From: Epiperipatus broadwayi
Taxonomy: Eukaryota > Animalia > Onychophora
Assembly: GCA_028023455.1 (NCBI GenBank)
Contig: JAQFVV010000005.1
Coordinates: 8,122,001 to 8,186,000, forward strand
Direction: 5' to 3'
DNA length: 64,000 nt
How positions within the stretch are numbered: position 1 is the stretch's first letter; every line of letters starts with the position of its first letter. Shown here in pieces: positions 16,141 to 28,652 of this stretch. The notes under the pieces are model-generated. The model ran no database searches. It had not been told where the DNA came from and saw only the letters and a list, made by a program, of their open reading frames with translations. Both the position numbers and the translations under genes were made by a program.

Positions 16141-16569
16141 CTTTCTATTTAGAAAAAAAACCTCTTAACACAAAAACAAAACCATTCATTTTATACACAT
16201 TTAGTAGCAAAGATATTTACGTATCTATAAAAAAACAACAAACATATTATTTACTCAAGTTGAACTAGTGTCTCTTTTCACTTTTAAATCAAAGATTCAG
16301 ATCAGTTTCTTTTTTTTTGTTTGCTCTTTTCTCTCTTTGCCAAAACTCCCACACACACAAATATGCTATTATATGTATTTTGCACCGAAGATTTAATTGG
16401 ACTAATTTATACACTAATAAATTCCGTAGAAAATAGTTTGACCTCTCCGGGCAAAGAAAAGAAATTTTAAGTTCGCAATTGTGTCAAATAACAGTTTTCT
16501 CAATTTCGTGGAGTAAGCTTACTAAAAGTGACATATATATGCAAATAGGAAATATATATATACCTGTGT

Positions 16570-17030
16570 TTCCCCGGGGAATTGATCGAATTCACCTGGT
16601 GAAAAGGAAATCTCCAGTCCTTTGTCGGTGAACGAACTTTGTTTTTTCTTTTTTTTTTTTTGAAGTTCAGGTTACATGGCTAAAGTTCATTTATTTTCTT
16701 CCTCTTGTGGCGATTCAACATTGTTGCTTATTGAGGCGAATTCTCCAGGCTTGACGTCCCTTCTCCAATATCGGCAGCTGCTATACATTCAGCGGGAAGG
16801 ATTCTAACACTTCGCACGTTGAAGCTTCTACCCCAGTCTGACCATATTTCATCAAATATATAATCTGATTTCTGGATTCTTATTTCTGTATATCAGTCTA
16901 ACGTCTGCCTTCTTCTCCATCCAAACTTATACTAAATCTTAATTCTTTTTTTTTTAATTATCAAATTTATCTTTCTTTTCATTCATTTTCAATTATATTT
17001 CCATTCACATTCCATATGCCTTTGTTGAAA
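16570..17030 (-). mobile_element. Probable APE-type endonuclease relic of an L1-like element, antisense to the neighbouring RT
   Basis: Minus-strand motifs in the expected order across frameshifts: IWNVNG, LKKKN*DLV, EKGR, NNVESPQEEENKMNF (cf. NVYAP), TGDF. Confidence 0.4.
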
Positions 17031-17606
17031 TGCACCACAAAAGCTTTTTACACCTATTTCTTTCCAATTAATATTTAATTAGAATTAGACATTCCAAGAT
17101 ATTTATAATAATTACTTCCATTGTTCTGCAAAATCACTGTCTTCCATCTTGACATTTATAGTTTTTTTGTATATTTTTAAAAAGTTTATCAAACAAAATG
17201 TTTTTTTTTATATTTATTTTGTGAATTTTCATTTTTAAAGTTTCAAAAATGCACTTACACATATACATAGCGATGTGTATAGCTGGGTTTGGCAAAAGAA
17301 AGAGAAAAAAAAATCAAGAGCAAGTGTATAACCCCCCATACCTCTTATGAGTTCTTTTTAATTAAAATAACTAAATCAATTCAATACGACCACGCAAATG
17401 ACCATTGATTGTACATCATCTTGTAAATATTAGTTTTGTTAGTAAAGTAATATATATTTTTAATAATACGTTAGTAATAAGATATATATATTTTAATAAT
17501 GCGTTAAGTATACGAATATGTATTTGTCTAATTATCGCAACAGGGTTTGATTATAGCTGCCCTGTTGCAATATATAATTTTTTTTTTTTTTTTAGTAATT
17601 TTTTTT

Positions 17607-17852
17607 AATGCTCATTCATATTTTTTATGTACTCTAATTTAAGATGTAACTGACTGTCCATTTAATTTCTCATGTATATACATCTTTTTTTTTTTTAATG
17701 CTCATTCATATTCTTTGTTTATCTCTCATGTACATGTTATTATACCATTGTTACTATACTAAATGTATCAAATTCCTGTATCATACTATTTGTAATAAGC
17801 CATGTAACCCTTGATTGCTTAATAAAGTTCTTTGAAAAGTTAAAAAAAAAAA
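17607..17852 (+). mobile_element. LINE-type 3' end with AATAAA and poly(A)
   Basis: Shares ~55 bp (TAATTTAAGATGTAACTGACTGT.CATTTAATT.CTCATGTA) with 15784-15826 downstream of the L1/Tx1 ORF; AATAAA at 17821, A11 at 17842-17852. Confidence 0.5.
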
Positions 17853-18766
17853 GGAAGACATTAAAAACTTTTAAAAACATAGTTAAACGTTCTTCAATTT
17901 CTCTACATCACATTGTCATATAAATACTGTACTAATGAAATTTATTTTGATAATATTACAGTCTTAAATAGCTATAAAATGTTGAATACATACTTAATAC
18001 AGAAAATAATATCATATCTAAATCTTACTTTTTTCTTTAGAAAACGAACTTTATGGCAACATATTTAGTATAGAAAACTTATCACGGTAGAGGTCGCTAC
18101 CCTTTATATAACGGCGGGATAAATGTTTTATGAAGATTATTAATAGTTGCAGTAATAAAGATTAGAATAAGTGAATAATTTCACTAATGAAAGGCAGAAT
18201 CTTGGATAGTAGATATGGGGAATAAAAAGTGTTTGAATCTATATATAAAAAAGAATATTGGATGTGAAATATTTTATTGTAATCATTCTCTTCACATGAA
18301 CCCCAGACTTCATTGTGATAAATTAGTCAATGTATTACTGTGCATGATTACTTTAGTTACAAACAAAGTTCTAAGACGAAGAACTTCTACTGAATATAAT
18401 TCAAATGCTACTGCAATCATCATTCTGTTAGATCATTTTTATATATGCAATATTTACAAATCACCCAATATAAATTGCGCATCTTGCCTCTCCAGATCTC
18501 TATTTTGTGTAAATAGAGATTTCAATTTTCATAATAAATTTAGACATATGTAAATGAAAATCAAGAAAGATTTCAAAACGTAAGGATTTAATTTAGATGC
18601 CAATCAAGGAAAATCATTTTATTAAAAGTAGATTGGGAATAGAAACAACTTCTAATTTCATTTTCTTTAATACTTTATTATCTGCTGAATTATTGATATT
18701 GGATTATATCTGTTATTTAATTACTCCTGAAATTTGATATATACGTGCATGTATGTTAAATTACAT

Positions 18767-20822
18767 ATTGAGACTATAAGGTTTATATGAAAGTTCGAAA
18801 GTATTTAAAATAATAAAAAAAGCTATATTATTGTTAAATTTATTTATAGTCTAGTTAATAAAGAATGGTAATGCATATCAGCTATGCATAAGTAACCTGG
18901 TCAGTAGATGAGATGTGTGCATGTTATAATAAATGGATAATAAAAAAAATATACACATCAATATTAAACTTTAAAATTAATATCATTGATTAGTATCTAA
19001 AATAAATAACATTGTTGTTTTAGATTGTTAAATATTTATTATTACAATTTATAAAAAAATTTTTTTCTTTGTGTTATTTATTTGTGTAAGTTAATCGATT
19101 TATATGAACGCTAAACTTAAGGTGGGAAAACTAATAAAAAAAATGATTAAATTTTATCTGCTGGTTAAAAAAGCATGATTTTGGATAAAGATAGAGAAGA
19201 AGAATACATTGAACTGAATAACATGTATTTTCACATCTCCCATTTTTAAAACGGAACTGTGATAAATAATTCTATATTTTAAATGATGAAAACTGAAAAT
19301 ATGAATTTCAAAACAAATAAGTTGGAGATAGGGATTTATTCCCTCATCTTCTATAATATTTCTCGGAGTTTGGATGAAGTAATTAACATGAAATAATGGA
19401 ATGATACAACATAAATATCTCTCTTCAAAATTGAAAATGTAATCTGAAATAAGTTTTGTGATAACGTTCTCATTTCAAACTTAATGGATATCATAATTTA
19501 TAATTCTGATCAACAAGGAAGCAAAAGAAAGAAATATTGTTTTAAAAAAAAAAACAGTCTGATATTTAAAACTAATTTTACTAATAATAAATCCATTCAA
19601 TTATTATTATATCAACTTTGAGGAATTATTGTGAGCCTGAAGACAAACAACAAGTACATTGGAACAATTTGCATTCAGTATCGCACTATCCAAGGCAAAT
19701 ATAAAATAGGAATATTTTTAAGCTATAAAAAAATAATTTAGCAATGCATTCTTTGTAAAGTAATTTTAATAATACTTATGTTTAGCTAATATAAATAATA
19801 AAAACATAATTATTGCTTAAGAAGCATATTCTAATGTATTATAAAGATGATTTGTAGTTAAATGATTTATAAAGATGATTTGTAGTTAAATGATTTATTC
19901 TTATTATTATTGAAAAAACATATGAAAATATGTAATTAGCTAACTGAATCATATGCATTAAATTTTATCATACTTCAAAGATGTATAACTTGAAGCAAAG
20001 AAGAGATATATAGGTATTTAAAATCTTCATTATACAGGAGAGTTAAATATTATTAATTCATAATGTGCTATATTTCTGCTATGTTTCACAAATATAATAT
20101 CCATTACAAAAACACAATTTAAATCATAAATGATAATATGACATTATTTAAATTATCATATAAAATAAATATTAATAAAAGATTCTGAAATGCTAGTTCA
20201 TAATAGTCCATCAATTTAATTTTTTTAAATATATAAAATATTATTGTTAAAATTGTAAGATTATTATGGAAAGTAGATAAGTAGTGTATATTTATTAATT
20301 TACTGTATTTGTCATCTTTATTTTGTTTAGTGTATTATTTATAATTATAATTCATATTTTGTATAATAAAATTTTTATTATCATTTACCATGGTGTCCTT
20401 GATCTCTAAATTTATTTGGTTTTCTATTTTATTTTGTGAGTTAATGCAAAATCTATTATTGATGGATATTGCATTTAGGTTTGTTACATCTATTTATTGT
20501 GTTACCCTTATTTTAATATCTTAATATTAAGCTTTAAAACATTCATATTTTGTACATGCACCTATTAACAGACTGTAACGTCACTATAACTGGATTGACC
20601 CATGACATCCACCAGGTTTTACAATAAATATCTGCTTTGCATGATGCTCATCCTCATCATTAACAAATTATAAATTTTTTTAAGTTAGATTATATATGAT
20701 TATGATGCCATGCCTCATTTACTTTATATTTATTTATTGCATTACAATTTTTGGCTTGCTCAATTCATGGGCTTGATAATTTAATATTCTGAGATTAGTT
20801 ATGCTCTTATATTTATTTAATT
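18767..20822. repeat. Left arm of a 4.4-kb inverted repeat
   Basis: Reverse complement of 21095-23173 along its length; 20391-20454 is a 64/64 match to 21461-21524; outer end ATTGAGAC pairs with GTCTCAAT. Confidence 0.95.
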
Positions 20823-21094
20823 CATTACATTTATAATAATGTAAATAATAATAAAATATATATTTTATATATTTACTATATATATTTATTTATTATACAT
20901 ATATTTATTATATAATATATATTTATTATTATATAATAAACTGTAATGCTATAAGAATATACTCTTCTCTCAAGGTACAACTTTATTAAACATATTGCCA
21001 ATAATTGTAAAAATATAAATGAAAATAACTACTCTTCTATCTCATGGTACCAGTTTATCAGGCCCCTAAAATTGGGAAAGCCAAAAACTAATAG

Positions 21095-23173
21095 ATTAAA
21101 TTAATATAAGAACATAACTACTCTCAGGACACTACATTATCATCACGCTCCACAAATTGAGCAAGCCAAAAACCGTAATAGAAAAAAATAAATAAATATA
21201 ATGTAAATGAGTTATTACATTAAGATCATATATATTCTAATTTGCAAAAGTTTATAATTTGTTATTGATGAGGATAAGCATCATCAAGATATATATTTAT
21301 CATACAACTAGATTGATGCCACTGATCAATCCAGTTACAGTGCCCTTACAACTTGTAGTATGTGCATATCAAGATATGAATGCTTTAGCTTAATATGATA
21401 TTAAAATAAGAGTAACAATAAATAGATATAAAAAACCCAAATGCAATATCTATTATTGATAGATTTTGCATTAACTCACAAAATAAAATAGAAAACCAAA
21501 TAAATTTAGAGATCAAGGACACCATAGTAAATGATAACAATAAGAACTTTATTATACAAAATTTGCATTATGATAACCATAATTAATACATTAAATAAAA
21601 TAAAAATATAATAAATTAATAAATATATACTACTTATCTACATTTCATAATAATTTTATAATTTTAACAATAGTATTTTATGTATTTTAAACAATTAAAT
21701 TGAAGGATTATTATAAACTAGCATTTCATAACCTTTTATTAATATTTATTTTTGTATGATAATTTAATTAATCTCATATCATAAATTGTTTTTACATTGG
21801 ATATTATATTTGTGAAACATAGCAGAAATATATCACATTATGAATTAGTAATATTTAACTCTCCCATATAATAAAGATTTAAAATGCATATATATATTTC
21901 TGTTTTGCTTCAAGTTATACAATATCTTTGAAATATGCATACAATCCAGTTTACTAATTAAATATTTTCATATGTTTGTTCGATAATAATAAGAATAAAT
22001 AATTTAACTAAAAATCATCTTTATAATACATTTGAATCCATCTTAAGCATTAATTAATATTTTTTATTATTTATATGAGCTGAATATAAGTATAATTAAA
22101 ATTACTTTACAAAGAATGCATCCAGAAATTATTTGTTTATGGATTAAAAACAATAATATTACCATTTTATATTTGTCTTGGATAGTCTGAATACAAATTG
22201 TTAATTGTTCCTCCTTGTAGCTGATATAATCATAATTGAATGGATTTATTAATAGTAAAATTAGCTTTAAATGTCTGACTTTGTTTTTCTAAACAATATT
22301 TTTTTCTTCTGCTTCCTTATTAATCAGAATTATTATAAATTATGATATACTGTACATTAAATTTGAAATGAGAAATTTATCACAGTACTTATTCCAGGTT
22401 AGATTTTCAATTTTGAAGAATGATATTTTTATTGTATAATTCCATGATTTCATGTTAATCATTTAATCCAAACTGCTGGAAAATATTATAGAAGATGATG
22501 GAACAAATCTCTGCCTCCAACTCATTTCTTTAAAAATTTATATTTTTGGTTTTAATCATTCAAAATATATGATTATTATCACAGCCAATAAACATCACAT
22601 GATCACCATTTGTGGCAATACGTATAGAGAATTTTGCTGGTTTTAATTATTATCACAGCTAAGTTTAAAAACAGGAGATGTGAAAATACAAGTTATTCAG
22701 TTCAATGCATTCTTCCTCTCTTCACTTTTATCCAAAATCGCACTTTTATCCAAGCAGCCATTAATTTTCATAAATTTTATTAGTTTTCCCATCTTATGTT
22801 TTGCATTCTTATAAATTGACTAATTTCCATAAATAAAATAAGACGAATAAAAATATTTTTTATAAATCACGATAATAAATATTTAATAATCTAAAAACAA
22901 TAAACATTTTTATTTATTTTAGATATTAATTAATGATATTAATTTTATAAAAGATTTTAATATTGATGTGTGTATTTTTTTATAATTATTCATTTACTAT
23001 ACATCTGCACATATCACCTATTGACCAGGTTACTTACCATAGCCACTATGCATTGCTATTCTATATTAACTAGACTGTAAATAACTTTTTTTTAACAATA
23101 ACAGTAATAGTAAATGTCTTGTATTTTTATTTTAAATACTTTCCAACTTTAATATAAACTTTATGGTCTCAAT
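21095..23173. repeat. Right arm of the 4.4-kb inverted repeat
   Basis: Collinear inverted matches checked by eye near the outer end (18770/23170), at 18890/23030, 19210/22700 and near the inner end (20790/21110); roughly 75-85% identity by eye. Confidence 0.95.
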
Positions 23174-23499
23174 TCCCTTTGTTTTGAAAACAAAAGATAC
23201 ACTGTTTTCTTCCAATGTTTCTTTTTAACTAATTATCTATTAATTTATATATTGTAAAATAAAATTACATTTGATTTTTATAGTAGGAATAATTTTAATA
23301 TCATTTAGCACCTATGAAAATGCTTCTCATATTATTTTTAAACAATATTTTAACTACTCTTAAACATAATCAATATACATCTTTAATTCTTAATATTATC
23401 AAAAATTTATTTGAAACAATTTAATGTTTCTGAGGATTTTGACATATATACATTTTTTTAACAACTAGTTTGCTCTTAAGAGATAACCATAACATTACT

Positions 23500-24900
23500 C
23501 CCATTATTATTTTTAATGTGAAAAGATTTCAAACTTTTGGCTTTAAAAAAAACCTTTTAATTTCAGCATTTTTTTTACATCCTAAGATAATCTTATGTGA
23601 ATTCATGTATGATAATTTTTCAACTGCTTCACTATTTTCTTTGTTTATTTCTCCATGCTATGCATATTCATTGACATCAAGATTTTTTTTTTGTTTTTGT
23701 CCGACATTCTATTTCCATTGATATTTACCCTAGATTTAGGATTTGCGTTATTAGATTTGTTTCTAAAATTCTCCTGGTTCCTAAATGAAGGCGAACAATA
23801 ATTTGATATACTTATAGCTGATGTAGATAAAATTATTACTTGTGTTTTTCAGTATAATCATGATTAAAAACTACTCATGTCAATAGTATTAAAAACATCT
23901 TGTTTTTTCATCAATATGAGATCGATTAAAAGCCATTAATACTTGCTGTACATCCTTAGGTAAATTATAACATTGTCCTAATAATTTGAGCCTCTGACAA
24001 ATTAAATTCAAAGTTCTCAACTTTGATACCTGCCTATGGAAAAACAATTTTTTTTGCTGACCCCATCTGTATTGAACTCCATCTTGCTGTTCTTCACTCC
24101 AAAATGTTCTAATTAGAGAAGCTTTATAATCATTAAAGGTTTTAGGTTTAGTAAATAATGAAGTCTGCCAATTCTTAGCTGATCCATATAAGTTATTACT
24201 GGCAATAGCAATCTTTTCAACTTCTGTTAAATGGTGAAATTAAATAATTCTATCATACCATCCAGGTGTTCTAATGGATTTTTGCTAACACCTCCTTTAA
24301 AAGATTTGACAGTAAATTTAGTCTATTCGATTTTCCATATATATTCTCTTCAATTATTTTTCTTAACTCTAGTAGTGGCTCATTATTTATGATTCCAGGA
24401 TTAATCTCAGTAATATCTTCCCTTTTAGTTAATAGATTTGACATTAAGAGATTTGTAACTCTTTGGTAATACCTCTTTAAAATTTTCTTCTTTAACATAA
24501 CATATCTCTGAACCATAAATAGATATAGGATTCTTCGTAGTATCATGATAATACAATTTTTCCTTATATAATTCATTTACTTTGTCTATAATTTGAGTTT
24601 CTATATTCTGATCCATTTTATTTACTTTAACAATGAATTGGTCCATTTGATTTTTCAAAAAGTCCATTTTTTATGTATTTGATTTTCTGGTGATTGTAAT
24701 GCAATTACTAACTCTTGAACATCTTTTGTGGAACTGTCAATCTTATCCAATTGATCATGCATCTTTAACATTAGAAATGTTAAAATATATTGTAATGGTA
24801 ATTCTTCAATAACAGCAGAAGCAGTAGAAAATACAAGTAAAATAATCTGAGGCTCATAGTTAATTATCTAGAACTCATTCTTCGTACAACTATTCATTTG
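23500..24900 (-). mobile_element. Ty3/Gypsy gag relic (coiled coil plus capsid)
   Basis: ORFs 24425-24667 and 24271-24576, then across a frameshift PLEHLDGMIELFNF/HLTEVEKIAIASNNLYGSAKNWQTSLFTKPKTFNDYKASLIRTFWSEEQQ, the retrotransposon capsid pattern L.G.A..W..F..FW. Confidence 0.65.
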
Positions 24901-26859
24901 CTTTAGCTACCATACATTCCAGAGATGTAACACATCAGAGAGCATATTTTCAGAGCTTTGGGGTGAGTTATTCTATGAGTTGTATATGTAATATTGTTTC
25001 TATTTTATTAGTAAATGTTATATGTAAGCTAAAAGTAATATAGTGTTACGCTAACTTAATATAATTTATGTTTTTCATGAAATAATTATTTTACTCCATT
25101 ATTACTGTAGTGAATGCATGAAATAATTGATAAGTTTGTAAATAAAGAAATAATTTATTAATGAGAAAAATAAAATAATAAATCAATCAATAATTAATAA
25201 AATAAATCACTGGAATGTTTAGGAAATTTCCTTTCTGGTGTAATTTACACATTAAATGTACAATAAAAGTTCAAATGCTTTCTTTCTTTTGAATTTTATG
25301 TGATAACTTTTCACATAAAAAATAAGTATCTTCATTTATTTCTAGATAGCTTTTCTGGAAATAATTTTAAATACTTTATTATTATAGATTATTGTACAGT
25401 TTGTTCTTTAAAGAATTCCTTTATGAATAGGAAAATAATATCATTTTGTCAAATTCAAAAATAATTTTTATTCTTTAATTTTTCTAAAAGTTCATAAATA
25501 TTTTTTTCCTTTATTTATCCTGAATATTCATAAATAGCAAACGATATCAAAGCATTAAAAATTAAGGCTTTGAAATATCATACCACTATCTGAAAGACTT
25601 CTTTTAAATATTTTTATTCATTTCTGTATTATTAAGTGAAATTTTTTATGTAATTATATAAGGTATTCATATCTTTATTTCTTTTTTGACAATTCATTTG
25701 CAAAGTTTCTTTTATGAATAGCAGTTTGAAACTAATTGATAAGGAATGTAGATTAGATAATTACACCAAATTTGGAACCAATGAGCTATTTACTTTAACT
25801 TAGCACTTCATCTTCCATATACAAACCCTAGTACAAAGAATATCTTCCTTACTGCAAGTAAATAAAAAAATAATTTTCACTTCTTATGTATATAAAAAGG
25901 ATTATTTGATAATTTATATTGCTTTCCTTTTTCTCATTTTAATATTTTTTCACTTGATTTACATATCAAACTTAACTGTATTTTTATAAATTTTTTTGAG
26001 ATCATCTCCACAATAAATTTAACATATTTTATTTTTAATGGAAGGGGAGATTAATAAAATAAATATATATATTATTTTTTTGAAAATATAATAATTCAAC
26101 TTTGGCATAGCCAATAATACTCTTACAATATATTATATTAATAATATATATGTAATAAAATAGATTTTAACATATAAAATTAGAGAGAATAGCTATGTAA
26201 ACAAGACATTTATTTTATATAGCGCGATGTTTTATAAACTGTAATACCAATAAGCTAATGCATATGTGCTTTGTAGATGTCACTATATAAATGAATACTC
26301 CCACTTTAAGCGCTCAGCTAAAATAGTGTTTTATATTTGCTTTCGATTATATACACTAGCTTCATTATTTGTGTGTACAGCACATATACATCATATTTTA
26401 CATTTTAATGAAGTAAATAATTCAATAAATCAATTATTTTAACTGTTAAATGATATTTTTCTTAAGCACATCTTAATGTTAGTGTATATAAGCTTCAATT
26501 GTGCTTTCTTGCACCATTTCTTTTGGGATCTTCCTGCTAGCACCCATTTGTAAGATTCCATAGACATTTTAAATTCTTAAATGTTACCAAATTATTTTCT
26601 TTTGTCAATATATAAGTAGGTTTGCAATCTTAAATTCAATGGCGGTCAACATAGCATTTTGTTGTTAATCATTCCATTTTAAATCAGATACCAAATGAAG
26701 AGGGCCTCATGCCCCTTTCCTTTGTAAGGCTTTCTACTCACAATATATTTTTATTTACTGCAAGTCTAGAATCTTTAAGATAAAAATAAGGTTAAAATTA
26801 CAAAACTTTACTAAAGGAAAGAAAGTATGTGTTCATTCTGAAAATTGTTTGTCTCTATA

Positions 26860-27460
26860 GTAACATAAACAATGTGCAGTGTATTGATTCTTCAATTACT
26901 GTACACAAAAGTTAATTTGCGAACTAATTAGTTTAATTCTCAAAACAGTTTGATGCTAACTAATTTTCAGTTTATACAAAGTTCTGATTCCCACCGAGCT
27001 GTGTCAGAAAAGTACACTATGTACACACGATAACGAATACTCGCACTATAATTCTGAACATATAGTTTCTACGTCTAACTTCTCTTCTTTCTCAATGAGG
27101 GTAATTCGCAATTCCGTTCACTGTTCTCTTGCAACGGATGCTCTGCTCGAATTCACTAAAAACGCTTTGTACTCACTCTGTTGATCTTTTCAAAATGACC
27201 CCCCTTTTATCGGTTTGTTTTCTGGAGTAACTCTTATAAATTAAGGTGGGATTTAATTAAATTGGGTTTTGCTAATTAAATTCCTTTGTTATCTGTTTAA
27301 TTAGTTTGTTACAATTGATTGTATTTTAAGCCGAATCAGACAACGACTAATTAATGTCTATAAATAAAATATTAGTAGCAAAATTTAAAGATTTTACAAT
27401 AAAATAATATTTGAGAATAAGACACCTTCGTATATAAGTTTAATTTCAAAATGCATATAT
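26860..27460 (-). mobile_element. Possible LTR fragment
   Basis: CpG-retaining segment with ATAAAAGGGGG on the minus strand (~27207-27220), similar in layout to the other LTRs here; boundaries and TSD not found. Confidence 0.3.
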
Positions 27461-27804
27461 TACACAATGTAATTATTTTTATTTACTAATTTTGAACATG
27501 TGATTTCTTTCTTTTAATTTAAATAAAGCATTGTTATCTGTTAATAATTTAAATTTAAAATATTTTTAATTTTAATAAATAAATGATTCATTTATTTAAA
27601 ATGAAAATAAACATTTATTATTACATGTATATGACCTTGAATTGTTTTTTTATTATTATTTAGCAATGAAATACCAGGCACTCTTATACCTGGAGCCTAA
27701 TTGTAAATATAGGGGATTTGAACTCAGACTTTCAAGCCCCTTCACTATCCACACTATCTCATAATATTGATACACATGACCACACACATGCAGAAAAGAT
27801 AAAT

Positions 27805-27859
27805 AATCACCAATATATGTATTTCATGCTAAATCAGCACTCATCAGTTGGTCCAGATT
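27805..27859 (-). ncRNA. Type I hammerhead ribozyme motif (slightly decayed)
   Basis: AATC-TGG-ACCAA CTGATGA GTGCT-gattt-AGCAT GAAA TACATAT A TTGGT-GATT; core intact, two CpG-type changes in stems II and III relative to the 28598 copy. Confidence 0.75.
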
Positions 27860-28597
27860 GCTTTCTCCCATACATATATATATAATCAATGCTCAGTTTA
27901 TATTAAGATAGCAAATTCTTACACTTTAATGGACAGCTTCAAGCCATCCATATCATTGAAAATCTGATAATAGAATTCCCAAATCTCATGCGGATGCCAA
28001 TATTGTTGTCACGCCCATGTTGACCTCAAGTCACTCTGACCCCTCATGTATAGGACAGTATACATTTAAATACATAGAAGAGAGATGGGCAGAATGTAAG
28101 CTTAATATATGTAAGATTTGAAATACCAGGCACTCTTATACCTGGAGCCTAATTGTAAATATAGTGATTTGAATTCAGACTTTCAAGCCCCTTCACTATC
28201 CACACTATCTCATACCACTGATACACATGACCACACACATGCAGAAAATAATCACCAATATATGTATTTCAAATCCTCTATATTTACAATTAGGCTCCAG
28301 ATATAAGAGTGCCTGGTATTTCAAATCTTACATATTAAGCCTGCATTCTACCCATCCCTCTTCTATGTATTTAAATGGATAATGTCCTATTGAGGGGTCA
28401 GAGTGACTTGAGGTCAATATGGGCATGACAACAATATTGGCATCAGCATGAGATTTGGGAATTCTATCATCAGCTTTTCAATGGTATGGATGGCTGAAGA
28501 GTTGGAGGAGGTTGAAGCCTGTCCATTAAAGTGTAAGGATTTGCTATCTTAATATAAACTGAGCACTGATTATATATATATATGTATGGGAGATGGT

Positions 28598-28652
28598 AAT
28601 CTGGACCAACTGATGAGTGTTGGTTTAGCACGAAATACGTATATTGGTGATT
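28598..28652 (+). ncRNA. Type I hammerhead ribozyme, intact core
   Basis: AATC-TGG-ACCAA CTGATGA GTGTT-ggttt-AGCAC GAAA TACGTAT A TTGGT-GATT: CUGAUGA and GAAA core, 5-bp stem II, palindromic stem III ATACGTAT, bulged stem I; predicted cleavage after AUA at 28643. Confidence 0.9.

Noticed and set aside
20380-20620. Strand-biased G:U compensation in the foldback as evidence for a hairpin RNA
   Set aside because: In the ~200 bp checked by hand, transitions favoured both strands; no clear signal in so small a sample.
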